A stretch of DNA of 64,000 nucleotides. It comes from Eledone cirrhosa. Its lineage: Eukaryota. Positions 27,876 to 41,859 of the stretch are shown here, piece after piece. Within the stretch, counting starts at the first letter, position 1, and each line of letters opens with the position of its first letter. The notes below the pieces were generated by a model. It did no database searches. It worked only from the letters and a program-made list of their open reading frames with translations, and was not told the DNA's origin. A program made the translations under genes and the position numbers. Where the stretch lies: positions 194,618,001-194,682,000 of the forward strand of contig OZ024742.1 of NCBI GenBank assembly GCA_964016885.1, in the 5' to 3' direction.

Positions 27876-28744
27876 TCTATATTAAACCCAACAAGCCATC
27901 CCAAAATATGAGTAATCGAAGACCATATAATGGATATCTATTTTTTTCTGTAAATTCAATTGCAGATTAATGTCTGTAAAGAAATCCGATATAATATCTA
28001 TCTGGATTTAATAAGCTTTTGACATGGTCTTGCTTGTTTTATTTATTGTTATTTTCATATTTTGTTTTATATATATAAATAAATAAATAATTAGCAAATC
28101 AATCATTTCCCGTCAATTGACTTCACATAAATATTGTATGTTCGGCTCCTCCCGTCCTACTCCCAATTCAATGAAACACTCAAATCAAAATATATTCACA
28201 CTGTGTATGTATGTGGAACTAACAGGCAAAGCAATTTCGTATTTTATTTTATATTTTTTCCTAGTTTAGAACGAGATTTCGATATTTGATAAAATAAAAT
28301 GATATTAATATAATAAGAAGAAGAATCAAATTAATAATAATAAAATTAATAATAATAGTAACAGATTTTTCAAATATTAGAAAGAATATGGATATTTGAA
28401 ATTTAAGTGAGAAATGAAAGGAATTAATGAATTATTTCAGAAATAATTTTGTTTTTAAGCAAAGGAAATATATATTTATTTTTAGGTAATTCTGCACGGA
28501 ATCTTATTTTGGAGATCAATATTTTTTGTTAGTAATTAAATAAATATACACATATACGCGAAATACTCGCATATGTGTATGTGTGGGATGTATGTATACG
28601 GGCACGCTGAAACACACGAAGATACACTCACAAATCCTGCGATGTAACGACTATATTTTTTTCTTCCGAAAATAAAACATTGTTTATAACGTTTATAACT
28701 TTGATAGGATTCGGCCAATATTGGCGCAGGCCATGTCTAACTTA

Positions 28745-29060
28745 ACAGCACCACCTGGCCCACTCAAATAGAGAGTTATTGTGACGGAGACATATCGGGG
28801 TATAGGAGGTTTATCCGGAATTTATTGGAGGAATTTCTCCAAGGCCTTTTTGAATTTTATGGGATCTATTTCTGCTTGTATGTCTTTGGTGTTAATGTAA
28901 TGTTAATAAGAGCCGGATGAGCTGAGGTGAAATAATTGTGCATTAGTGTTGTTATGCGATGCTAGTTTGATTTTTGCTGTAGGATTATAGCATGGCGCCC
29001 AAGCCTTAGGTGTGTTTTAAAGATGATGCCAACATCATCTGTGCAATGTTGATGGAATAT
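28745..29060 (-). mobile_element. Decayed CR1-group LINE 3' end
   Basis: Manual translation FKKALEKFLQ*IPDKPP...NNSLFEWA. Confidence 0.55.
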
Positions 29061-29249
29061 TTTCCAAATCATGCAGTTAATGTAGTACTCATGGTGGCGG
29101 TAGAGAGAGTAGAGTTTGTGCTTTTTATGTCGACACCAATAGTCAAGTACCTTTCTCTAAATTCATGTACACAAGGCACCCACTATATATGTGTGTGTGT
29201 GTGTGAGAGAGAGGGAGAGAGAGTGTGTGTGTGTTAGTATGTGTGTGTG

Positions 29250-29456
29250 TGACGCATGGCTTAGAGCGTTGGGATTTCAATAAAGAGATTGTGAGTTCGA
29301 TTCTCGGACTGCGTGATGTGTTGCTCCAGTTCACTCAGCTGTAGAAATGAGTTGCGACGTCAGTGGTGCCAAGCTATATTGGTCTTTTCCTTTGGACAAC
29401 ATCGGTAACGTGGGGATGGGAAACTGGCATGCATGGGAGACTGCTGGTCTTCCACA
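29250..29456 (+). mobile_element. tRNA-derived SINE (second family)
   Basis: GAGTTCGATTC B box, GTTGCTCCAGTTCACTCAGCTGTAGAAATGAGTTGCGAC core shared with the 22148 copy. Confidence 0.7.
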
Positions 29457-29461
29457 ATATA

Positions 29462-29499
<38 letters not shown>

Positions 29500-29504
<5 letters not shown>

Positions 29505-29720
29505 AATTAATAAAAATAATGAATAAAAACAAACAAACAGTTCCTTATATTAAAAAATTCATTATTTTACGATCGTTTCTAGGATATATATATGTGTGTG
29601 TTGGTATGTATACCATATATATCTATGTAAAATATTTACAAACTATCAGAGGGAATATACATACCTACACATATATATGCTGTCGTCAGACAGCATATAT
29701 ATGTGTAGGTATATATTCCC
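29500..29720 (-). mobile_element. Truncated pLTR end of the 13.6-kb PLE family, ending in a fold-back
   Basis: Matches 13577-13766; 29651-29720 is a hairpin centred on the HHR core. Confidence 0.8.
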
Positions 29721-30362
29721 TATATATATATATATATATATAATACACTTAGAAAACAAAACACGCAGGGGATAAGATCATCAAATGCCAAACTCTGAAC
29801 TAATAAATTCGAACTAATAAAATAGCCAATTATAAAATATATATATCTATACGAAATCTATGACATCATCCATATTTCCTACACCAGACTTCATACATAT
29901 TAAGAATGAGATATCTTATTTTCAATTTAACATATTTTTTTTATTTTATTCGTAATCATGCATAACACGGGTTTGGCAAATGACCAGCTCGTCGATTCCA
30001 ATCAGTTTCATATCCCGGCTACATTTACTCATTGGGTACCATAAAGATGAGAATCGGAATAGGTTCATCTCTGATTCTGATCTTCAGTGCTTCATCTTAG
30101 AGCAAATCGATCCCAGATTTCAGTCTGATTGGAAGCGATAAAGGCTACGAGATTTTTATTCACGAAGCATGAGTTACTTACCAGCATGATATATATATAC
30201 ACAAATACACATGCACCACCCCACCCTCACATATGTATGTATATATGTATATATATATATGTATGTATGTATTTATGTATTTAAAAATGTAGGTATGTAT
30301 ATATGTATGTATTATATACATATATATATATATAATTATATATACATATATAATATATATAC

Positions 30363-30394
<32 letters not shown>

Positions 30395-30402
30395 ATATAT
30401 AT

Positions 30403-30479
<77 letters not shown>

Positions 30480-30485
<6 letters not shown>

Positions 30486-31620
30486 TAATAAAAATAATGA
30501 ACAGGTTCCTTATATTAAAAAATTCATCATTTTACGATTGTTTCTAGGATATATATGTGTGTTGGTATGTATATCATATAGATCTATGTAAAATTATTAC
30601 AAACTATCAGAGGAAATATACATACCTTCACAAATATATGATGTCTTCAGAAATGATGAGATTTGTTTATTGAAAACAACCAACAAAGATTTAATATAAT
30701 AGGTCCGTTTGGGAACAGGTTTTGAATTGACAAATAGAAAAGTAGTAAGAGGTCAAGTTGATAGAATAGTAGTAGTAGAAATTTAATTTAGGGGTAGAGG
30801 AGTGCAGACTTATGTTTTGAATGGAAAGAATACTTTGAATGAAAAGAATACTTTCGGGATGAAAAGAGGTCAAACCGGTGAAGGGTACACGAAAATTTGA
30901 TGTTATTAAAGAATAATGTTAAAAACGAAGGAAAGTAAAATTTTAGGGTAAGGGGTATTAGTGAGAAATACCAATCTTATTTAAAACACAAGGAATCTAG
31001 ATCTATAACAAGAAATTAAATTAATTGATAGGTAGACTTATAGGAATAAATTTATATTAATTCATATGGATGTGATAAATAAGAATTAGATGTTATTAAA
31101 GAATGTTGTTAAAAACGAAGGAAAATAAAATGTTGGGATAAGGATAGTAGTGAGAAATACCAACTTATATAGACTACAAGGAATCTAAATTCATAACAGG
31201 AAATAAAATTAATTTATATGTATACTTTTAGGTATTAATTTTAGGAAAAGAGAGCTGTAAGATGGAAATAAAATATATAAGATATCCTTAGATTTCATTA
31301 TTTAAAAAATGTTACTGGGAGCATAATTTACACTCATATATGTTATTTTGATAAGGGGTGGCCCTTTTGAGCACACTCCAGGTCAGGTTGTAATCGATAT
31401 TCTTTTTTCTATAATTATTAATTGTTTCAGCCAAGGATGTTGTATTAGCTAATGCGGCATTTTTAAAACTATGTTTTACTTTAAATTGGTTAGACGTAGC
31501 GCCTATATATGAATAAGTGGAGTCCTTTACATTTATAGACTATGTTATTAATAAGACAATTTCACTTTAATGGGCAATTTCTTTCGGTTTTACAGTTACA
31601 ACCATTCGTGAATATTATAT
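30480..31620 (-). mobile_element. 5'-truncated PLE (GIY-YIG remnant + pLTR) related to the 13.6-kb element; HHR at 30525-30658
   Basis: 31275-31620 matches 14930-15300; 30480-30870 matches the pLTR; CATCATTT-CTGAAGA...GAAA-CAATCG-TA-AAATGATG. Confidence 0.82.
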
Positions 31621-31833
31621 CAGGGGAGTTAGTCAAATTTTTTGAAAATGAATATACAAACGAATGGCACAGAAATTTGGCGGTTTCGACGCCTACTAAC
31701 AGTACTGCTACACCACTCGGGGCCACATATCAGTAAAAAGGTATGTTGCTTTTATAGCACCAAAGAAGGAAGGAAAAATAAAAGGAATGAAAACTATCCT
31801 GTTAAAATATATAAGCCAATGAAATTAGTAGGG

Positions 31834-31905
<72 letters not shown>

Positions 31906-33479
31906 TTACATGAATCAAAGTTCTGTTCATACCATTTATTCGCTTACAATTGTTTCTTCCAAACTGAGGTTTGAAGTCTTAGGAGCAATTTTTCGATGAT
32001 TGTTTACAAACATGACCTCCTTTCTAACACAAGAGAGATACAGAAACATATGTATATATTGCTGCACAGTGGGTTGACATCCATTATAATATTTTAGCAT
32101 GGCAATTTACATTCAAAGATAAAGTCATATTAAAAGAAAACAAAATTAAAGTTAAAATACAACATTGGCAGTATACGAAGATAATGCAAGAGGATAGTTA
32201 GAAGTAGTTAGTGTATGCAATAGTTACACGTGGGGCATGCACGTGTGTCTTATTTATATAAGGTTATAGTGCGGCAGGGTGTTATATGTAATACAAGCAC
32301 TTTAAGCGGGCAATCAAGAGTATTATGGGGGTTGTATTGGTAAAGTATTTTTTTATATGTATGATATAGAAGCTTGTGTGCAGAGAAATATTAACAATAT
32401 TAAAAATGAGAAGCAAAACAATGTTATTGTTTTCGTATACACCACCATTTTCACAATCCAGGAAACGTAATATATAGATTATATGTCCTTCACATAATCT
32501 ACGATGATTCAATATTGGATGCTTGATGAATTATGTTAGAATATTACAGCTTGTTGTTCTTCAATCCAATTTTATAGAGCAGGTTGTTTTTGTTGCAAGA
32601 ATTAACATCGTATTATTTTCCGGAAGTGTGTGTGTGATTAAGGGGAGTTAATTCGTGAGGGGATGTAACTAGCTGATTTCTATAACTAAATTTATTATCC
32701 TAATGTACATTAAATGGTGTATCATATAAGGTTATAAACAGTTTCTAAATTTAAGTATCCTATCTATAGATTACAGTGTAGTCTATCAAGAAGTACTAAA
32801 GGTGTTCATATTAGGATGATTACCCTCTATCATAGAGTGCCACAACTGAACATTCTACATGATGAGTCAGATCCCCAAATGAATGATCTTTGTAAGTATA
32901 GTCTACCCGCAGAACCTGGCAGGGTTTTATTAGAATCACTTCTATATATAACTCCTGGTAAGCTCTGGGTCAGTGCATGTCTGATTGCATGGCAAAGTAA
33001 AATATCACTAGCGTAGACCAGAGATCAATTCTCACTTACAATGTCACTAATCCGACCATCAAGTCATACATGTATGTATAACTCATACATCACTTGTACA
33101 TAATTCATTGCACTCAGCATATAGGTTATATAGCTCTTTTATGTTAATAAATTAATTAATCTTCCATTTATTCAATGATGGCACTCCATACACAGAACCA
33201 CATTAGCACAACCAATTCAGTGTTTAAAGTTTACATTAATTATATAGTGGTGTAATGTAATTGAAGGCAATTATGCCAAAAGTAGATGTACATGGGGATA
33301 TCTCTAGGGTAAAAGGTTCTAGAAGGATGTCACTATTTGTGTTAAAGTGGATCAATGTGTGTGGAGATGTGGTGTAAGGTGTGCCCTTGAGGTTTGTTGC
33401 TAGAGGTGGTGACGGGTTCAAGTCTGACATTGTTATATATTGGGTTTAAAGTTTTGGAAGGAGTTCGGAAGCGGTGCTG

Positions 33480-34780
33480 GCAAGACGCGAACACTCTGAT
33501 TTTTTATTAAGGAGGTTATGGTTTGAGAAGATAATAGTATGGGTCTCTAGTAAACAGAGGTTACAAAATTTATTAGATGGTTTGTACGATGTCGCGTTAC
33601 CTATCACTTCCCATTTAAGTGTATAAGATTTATTTTTAGTTTTTAGATAGTGTGTGTAGCTAGATAGTGTTTTTTGAAAGAGTGGAGGTGCGAATTGTAT
33701 CTGGTTTTGAAGCAGTTTGAAGTAGAGCCTATATAGGTTTCAGAAGAGTTGCTAGTTGTGACGGTGCATGAGTATATGATATCCTTGATTAAGCATTTTT
33801 TATCTAAAGGGTAGGTTCTATTTGATCTACAGTTACAATTATTCTGGGTGTTAGTCTGCCGGTTATTATGTTGTGTAGAAGTCTGGATGGTAGCTATAGG
33901 ATTATGGTTATGGGGGTTGTCGTTCCCAGCGTTATTGCTTACACTAGTGCTATTACTATTGTTACTATTGTTATTAGGGTTAGTTGATATAATGTTATTT
34001 TGAAGGTTTATCGTCTGTTGTGATTTAGTTTGTTGGAAGTAAGAATTAATTTTCCTTTTATTGCAACTAGCTATGTGGTATGCTATGTTAGGCGTAGTAG
34101 AGTAGGAGATTTTAATAGTGTTTTTGTTTAAAAGGCTATGGTACTTGTGGTCAGATGGGAAGTTTTTATCTAGTAGTGAGAAGAAAGCCCTAGGTAGGTT
34201 GGTAGAGACGTTTAGATTGAAAGGAGGGTTGAAAAATGTATTATTTCTTCTTCTATTTTTGTTTTTTATGTCTGGTGAGTTGTTTCCTTTTATGGTACTA
34301 TGGTAATTTCTGTGGTGTGGGTTACTTTTGTTGGTATCCTCCGTATTAGTGTGTGTGTGGTTGCTATTCTTATTACTAAATTTCCTCATGGACATATTGT
34401 GCGAAATAATGTTGTAGCTATGTGTTTTTGTAGGTAGGAACTCGATCTCTATATTATGGCCTGATCTACCCAATGCCTGATTATAATATTGCGAGTTTTT
34501 GCTAAATATCTAACGTCATAGGATAGATTAGAGATTCTATTGGATACTCCCTTAGAGATAGAGTTTAATATTGATCTAGGGTGGTTAGACTTGGTATCTA
34601 CGTAAATGAGTTTTTCGTTAGGTTTATAGAAAGGTGTATATATCTTTGAGTCTAGGTAGAGGGTAGCGGCCAGGAAGTTAACGTTTTTAGTGTTTTTGTC
34701 CATGGTGATACTAAGGTTATAGTTTGTGAATGTCTTGTGCAATAGTTTTCTAGTTCTTTCTATATTGATTTTTTTATAAA
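33480..34780 (-). mobile_element. Frameshifted PLE fragment (RT thumb, Asn-rich linker, GIY-YIG), third subfamily
   Basis: YVDTKSNHP, FFNPPFN, IKISYSTTPN, CNCRSNRTYPLDKKCL, IIYSC...YIGSTSNCFKTRYNSH. Confidence 0.88.
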
Positions 34781-34865
34781 CTGTCTTTCACTACTTAGGG
34801 TGTAAAATATATATAACTATTAAAGGTTTTAGTATATACATAACCATAAATAGTATCCTTAATAC

Positions 34866-34902
<37 letters not shown>

Positions 34903-35018
34903 GAAAAAGATGAAATCGAAAATTTAACTGGAGTCTTTTTAAGAATATTTATTTGGTTATTTTACCGGTTTCATAGTTCTTATGCTTTTCAAAAGTAGTA
35001 TTGAGATGGAGTGTTTGT

Positions 35019-35062
<44 letters not shown>

Positions 35063-35077
<15 letters not shown>

Positions 35078-35591
35078 ATAATAATAAATTTGAAGACTAA
35101 ATTCCAAAGAGGGCTCCATAAGGATAAATATATATCAAATATATAAGAACAGTAGTGCAAATATTTATTAAAATAACAGATTAAAGTTTAAGCAGAGAAT
35201 CTTGTCTTAGCGTGTAATTGTTCTCAATGGTCCACATAATGACGTATTATCTTCGTTTTTTCCGTTCATTGCCAGAGAACGTCTCCACGAACCACCTAAT
35301 AGAATATTAGTTTACGACTTCGTAAATACCATAAACGTGGTTTTCTCTTTGCGTGTAATTGTTTTCACCGCTCCAAATTATGATGTATTATCTTTGTCTT
35401 TATCCGTTCTTTGCCAGGGAACGTTTCAACGATACCAAAGTATCGTCTTCCTGTCTTCCTTCGGTTGCAACATTTTTTGAAATATTTACTTCTGCGTTCA
35501 CAGATTGATTTTTTTTAGTTTAAGAAGATCCCGTTAAGGGTGAAAGCAGCGATTCTTTGCTTAAACTTTAATCTGTTATTTTAATAAATAT
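35063..35591. repeat. Solo pLTR-derived unit with inverted ends, between (TA)n
   Basis: 35161-35201 is the reverse complement of 35551-35591; interior matches 38400-38695. Confidence 0.75.
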
Positions 35592-35741
35592 ATATATATA
35601 TATATATATACTAGTAGAGAACTGGTAGGTTATATCCGTAGTAGTAGAGTACGAGGGGCGAGTTTGGTGGAAGTAGTTCCAAAACAGTTAGTTCACCATT
35701 ACCGAGAACAAATGCATAGTGAACTAACTGTCGTGGATCTA

Positions 35742-35791
<50 letters not shown>

Positions 35792-35794
35792 TAT

Positions 35795-38695
35795 AATAAA
35801 TTTGAAGACTAAAATCCAAAGAGGGCTCGATAAGGATAAATATATATCAAATATATAAGAACCGTAGAGCAAATATTTATTAAAATAACAGATTTAAGTT
35901 TAAGCAAAGAATCGCTGCTTTCACACTTAACGGGATCTTCTGAAACTAACAAAGTCAATCTGTGAACGCAGAAGTGAATATTTAAAAAAACGTTGCAACC
36001 GGAGGAAGACAGGAAGACGATACTTTGGTTCGTGGAAACGTTCCCTGGCAAAGAACGGGAAAAAACGAATATAATACGTCATTATTTGGAGCGGGATCCT
36101 AATGCCGTGCACGTCCATTCCGACAAAACTGGCAACCTATATCAAGTGGAGCGCAGTACTTAGCATCAACTACTACATAATGCTGTAACTAACGATTACC
36201 GTAAAACTAATCGGTGCGTCATTAATGAAATCAACGATGCTGGGTTTTAAATTACCTCTGATCTCAACATCCTGGACCGGACCGAACCTCTGGACGCTAT
36301 TTCTCCCCACTTTACCCTGAAGGATCACAAATTCAATTTTCCGAACAATCCATCTATTCGGCTTATTAACCCTACAAAGTCCGATTTAGGTAGACTTAGT
36401 AAAAGGATTCTTGATTGAATTATACCTGAAATTAGAAGTTTGCCCCCTCTTACACTGTGGAACAATTCTTTTGCGGTGATTGATTGGTTCAACGGCATAT
36501 GCAACAAGGAACATTGCCGTTTTATACGATTCGACATCAATAATTACTACTCCTCCATCACTTTACCACTTCTCCTTAAATTTCGCTAAAACACTCACAG
36601 TGGTTAAAAATTTCGAAGTTGATGTCATCCTCAATGCCCGTAAGTCGGTGATTAATTTCGACGACTCTATTTGGATTAAACAATCTAATAGTACCCCATT
36701 CGACGTTAGTATGGGCGCCAACGATTATGCGGAGGTTACTGATCTTGTCGGCCTTTTCCTTCTTTTCTCTATCAAGGACGAATTCCACAACGAGGGCGGT
36801 GATTTGTACCGTGATGATGGTCTTTTGACCATGACTAAGTGCGGTCTACGTGCTTGCGACAGGTTCAGAAAAGAACTCACAGCCTTCTTTAAAGGCTTCA
36901 ACCTCTTTATACAGGTTGAGGCCAACCTCTCGGTCGTTAATTACCTTGACGTTACCCTCAAGTTATCGAATGGCTCGTATTACCCGTATAGAAAGCCGAA
37001 TGATACGCTTAATTACATAAGTAAGCATTCTAACCATCCTGCCAGCATAACCAAGAACCTGGTAAGAAAAGTTTCTTTGAGGCTTTCCCGTCTATCTACT
37101 AATGAGCATATTTTCAACGACCATTCCACATATTACAATGAAGCTCTTGCTCGGAGTGGTTTTATCGATAAGGTAGCATATACAGAGTACGAGAATATAC
37201 CTACAAGAAATAGATCCCGAAGCATTATATGGTATAACCCACCATATAATATGGAGGTGGCCACACCATTAGCTAAGATCTTTCTATACCTTATTACGAA
37301 GCATTTTCCCCTTACACATAAATATAGTAACATTTTTAATAGAAATACTATTAAAATTTCTTACTCTACGACTCCTAACCTTGCACATAACATCACAGCT
37401 TCAAATTGAGCTAAACTACCTAGCCGTAGGAACAAGTGCAACCCAGTAGTTAGTACTAACTGTAATTGTAGGAATCGGGTTGATTGCCCCCTATCCGCGA
37501 AATGCCTTTCTAGTAACATTGTCTACAAATGTTAGGTTGAAACACCCACGTCCCGTAGGGCCTACATAGGGTTAACCGCCAATAGATTCAAGCAGCGTCT
37601 TTACATGCATACCCATTCTTTTCGTTACCCTCTAAGAAGGAATATGACGCCACTTTCAGATTATATCTGGAGTCTAAAAGACAACCACACCCAATATAAG
37701 TTACACTGGGGGGTCCTAGCTAGGGCTAGACGTATAACGGAAATAAAAGACCATGTGACCTCTGCGCCACTGAGGCCATGGAAATACTCTACGCCACAGA
37801 CCACATTTTAAACAAAAAATCTGAGGCAATTTCGGTTTGTAAACATAAATTGCACAAAACTTTCCTGTATTACAGCCCCACATTATACCCTAACGGATAG
37901 TACGAACTATACGCGGATATTTTACGTCTGGATGTGGTAGCTAAATATATGTTTAGGTAAGTATATATTAGCTGTATGTATATTTGATTGTATATGATAT
38001 GGCGTATATTTTATATATTCTGGTACATATGCTTTTGGTTATGTGTATACGTGTGTTTTGCGTCTGTGTGAGTATGCGGGTTCGTACGTATGTAGGGTGT
38101 GTGTATATGTGTACTTCGTGTTTTGGTTGACGAACGTCTCCGAACATATGTGTATTTACATTTAGGTATGTGTGTGCGCTTGTTATATATGTATTATTTA
38201 TATACGTTTATTTAACTATTTGTATACAAGCACTCACACACACATATTTATATGTGCGTGTATTTGTATACCTATGGCGAGTGTTTGCATATGCGTGTGT
38301 ATGTACGTATATGGATACGTGTATGTATTTATTTAATTTCAATTACCACTGTATTTTATTTACTTTATTCTTAACTCTGAAGCCGAGAATCATTCGGTTT
38401 CCTAGTTAGAATTTTAGTCTACGATTTCAGTTATACCATTTACGTGGTTTTGTCTTTGCGTGCAATTGTTCTCCACGCTCCACATATGACGTATTATATT
38501 CGTTTTTTTTCCGTTCTTTGCCAGCCAACGTTTCCACGAACCAAAGTCTCGTCTTCCTGTCTTCCTCTGGTTGCAACGTTTTTTGAAATATCCACTTCTG
38601 TGTTGACAGATTGGCTTTGTTAGTTTCAGAAGATCCTGTTAAAGGTGAAAGCAGCGATTCTTTGACTAAACTTTAATCTGTTATTTTAATAAATA
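35795..38695 (+). mobile_element. Decayed PLE (RT + GIY-YIG at ~36090-37890) with inverted 5' pLTR segment
   Basis: GDLYRDDGL, VNYLDVTL, WYNPPY, CNCRNRVDCPL, AYIG; 35870-36090 is the reverse complement of ~38480-38695; (TA)n flanks. Confidence 0.9.
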
Positions 38696-38708
38696 TATAT
38701 ATGTGTAT

Positions 38709-38903
38709 ATAGGAACGAGTAGGACCCCGACGGCGCAGCTCAAGCCGTTTCGACGGCTAATTCTGGACTGAATTAGCCGTCGAAACGGCTTGAGCTCAGC
38801 CCTCGGGGTTCTACTCGTTCCTATTACCCACTCTACTACCCTAAGTATTGAGTACTTTGGTGCGTTATGGTCCACCTGGTTCCTTACTATATTTCCTTCG
38901 TTA
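38709..38903 (-). repeat. Fold-back copy of the TAACGAAGG repeat
   Basis: 38709-38762 pairs with 38771-38824 around a short spacer. Confidence 0.8.
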
Positions 38904-38993
38904 TATATATATATATATATAGTAATAATAATAAATTTGAAGACTAAAATCCAAAGCAGCGATTCTTTGCTTAAACTTTAATTTGTTATTTTA

Positions 38994-39074
<81 letters not shown>

Positions 39075-39663
39075 CATATAGATATACACATTATATAATT
39101 ATATGTATAGATGTGTGTGTGTGTGCGTGTGTGAATGTGTGTGTGTGTGAATGATACCACTAAATATTTAACTATAGTTCACAATATTGTTTTTCAAACA
39201 TAAAGATGGCCTGGTCCATGTATGTTTGTTAATATGACTCATCAATATTTATGAGCAGTCGATTTTTTATGTTTAAGTATAGTATCGTTCACGTGTCTTA
39301 AACTAAATTTCCATTGGAGATTATTTACATTTACAATTAAACAGCCTGAAAAGATTCTTCCATGGTATCTTATTGCTTTAAATACTATATTTAAATGAGA
39401 TGGATGTAAATGAAGCGAATGTCAAATTTAGTAGACACGCCAACATAATTAATAGTGTCTTAGTTATCTTATTGTCGTGTCCGATTCTCAAATATCTAAA
39501 AATGTTATATATGTATAACACATTGGATATACTCATTTATCAGTAAACAAATAACAAAGACTTTAAGACTTTGACAATGTATTTAAGAACATTGCGTGCT
39601 CAGAACTGAAATGAAAAAAACCAGGTGAGAACAAACAAACAAAAAATTAGACACTCGCAAGGG

Positions 39664-39708
<45 letters not shown>

Positions 39709-39825
39709 GGGGGGGGTTTATAAATATATATGTGTGTGTGTGTGTGTGTGTATTTACGCACATATATACATACATATACATGTATATAGATATATAGATA
39801 TATATATAGAGAGAGAGATTTATAG

Positions 39826-39857
<32 letters not shown>

Positions 39858-39859
<2 letters not shown>

Positions 39860-39988
39860 TGTTTCTACTTTTGGCACAAGGCCAGCAATTACCCAGTGCA
39901 TTACTGGTACTTTATTTTATCGACCCCGTAAGGATGAAAGGCAAAGTTAACCTCGGCGGGATTTGAACACAGACCGTAAAGGGACGTA
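39858..39988 (-). mobile_element. 5'-truncated tRNA-SINE (family of 3571)
   Basis: Sequence match; (AAT)n both sides. Confidence 0.8.
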
Positions 39989-39999
39989 ATAATAATAAT

Positions 40000-40347
40000 A
40001 ATGATTGTGGATGTGGACTGCCCATTCGACACGAGAGTACAAGAGAAGGAGAGGGAGAAAATTAACCGATACCAGAACTTAAAGTGGGAGGTAAAAAGGA
40101 TTTGGAACTGCCATGAAGTCAAAGTGATCCCGATTGTCATAGGCGCACTAGGGTCTATCTCAAAATGTTTCCAGGGATGGTTAAAAAATTGGCCCCTTCA
40201 CGCTTTTTGGAACGCTTCAAAAGGCATGCTTGCTGGGAACTGCAAGAACGCTCCGATAGGTCCTGAATAACAGAGGCTGCAGGTAGTGGCTTGATATTCA
40301 TTTCAACAAACTTTCCAGTTAACTCACATCAATGACTGAGACTCAAA
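40000..40347 (+). mobile_element. R4/Dong LINE 3' fragment (REL endonuclease end)
   Basis: IVDVDCPFD...EKINRYQNLKWE...VIPIVIGALG; (TAA)n both sides. Confidence 0.85.
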
Positions 40348-40366
40348 TAATAATAATAATAATAAT

Positions 40367-41370
40367 GATTTCATTTATTAGCCACAAGGGCCGACATGTA
40401 GGGGACAATACAAAGACAGGGACAGTGGGGGTTTACAATAAGGTCGAGTAAAAGTGCACAATGGCAAGACTAATTTAACAATGAAAATATAAAAATATAA
40501 AATAAACTATGCAAAATATAACAAAATAAATTCCCCGATAGGGGGTGGACAACCCTGGGGTGATTCGGGTACCCCACCAATCCTGAACCACCCTGCGCTT
40601 CTAGGGCACCCAGGAGAGCACCACTCTCCTCAAGTTAGCCAGCCTATAGGCGCATGGTCAGAGTAGGCCCATTCACACGAGCCATTCTCGCCACATTCAC
40701 CCACCTTTTAGCAAATGTACTGGGGGGCAGCACTTCTCTCTCCACCCTCACCCTCCTTTCCAGGTGAAACTTGAAGAAGTTGATGAGGGATTGGCCGAAG
40801 AGAAAAGTGTCTGTCTTTAGTCCTTTCAACCTGGTCCACCATATAATCTCTTTCGCAACTGCCACCAGACAGAGGAAAATGTCCTGCTCTTCCTGACCTA
40901 AGGAAGGTGGCGGTTCGATCTTCACTATGGACTCGGCCGATAACCGGATTCGTTCCACACGCGACAGTAGCTGTTCGACATAACTCCACAAGTCAGTAAT
41001 GCACGGATATTAGACAAGTGCGTGCAGAACGGTTTCGTCGTTCTGTGCGCATCTTGGGCAGGTCCGTCTGACAGCACTTCCGTGCCTGTAGAGTTTATCC
41101 CGAACCGGCAGTGCCCCCCGGTAGCAATGCCAAGCGAGGGATTTCTGGAAATTGTCCATCGTCCCCGGCTCGAAAGTCCTCCGGTACAGAATGGTCAGTT
41201 CGACTTCGTCGAGGCCCAAAGCTTCTCCGAGTGCGTCATCGCACTTGCCCACCACTAATCCTCTATAGAACTCGAGAGTGGAAGTTCCACTGATCGCATT
41301 GCCCGCTTGGTAGAGGGCACTGAGTGCTTGGCAACATTCCAGGTGCCAGTCACCCAGTCTCGGTCTCTTC

Positions 41371-41372
<2 letters not shown>
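40367..41372 (-). mobile_element. L1/Tx1 LINE 3' end
   Basis: LPVRDKL...CPRCAQNDETVLHALV zinc knuckle, IWWTR; 3' UTR; (AAT)n both sides. Confidence 0.85.
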
Positions 41373-41417
<45 letters not shown>

Positions 41418-41419
<2 letters not shown>

Positions 41420-41782
41420 TTTCTTTATTAACCACAAGAGTTTACATAAAGTAGACATTAAGGACAGTGCAGGACAATACAGGACGGTACAAATGGGCCT
41501 TTCTGCGTGTAAAAAACAAAAACAGAATGTGACAAAAAAAAACAATGAAAAATTCCCCAATAGGGGGGAGATTTTGGGGGGACATTTGTGGAGAAAGCCC
41601 AGTAAAAGGCCACAGTGACCCTGACCACCAGGGCAAGTGCCCTACCCAGTTTTCCACCTTTAATTTACAGATACATACTCAGAGTAGGCCCATTCACTCG
41701 GGCCATTCTTGCTTCTCTCACCCATTTTTCAACAAAATTCTGGGAAGAGAGCACTTCCCTCTCTACTCTCATTTTCCTTTTC

Positions 41783-41783
<1 letters not shown>
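41418..41783 (-). mobile_element. Second Tx1 3' fragment
   Basis: RVEREVLS...WVREARMARVNGPTL paralogous to the 40644 ORF; (AAT)n both sides. Confidence 0.75.
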
Positions 41784-41842
<59 letters not shown>

Positions 41843-41859
41843 TTAATAATAATAATATC

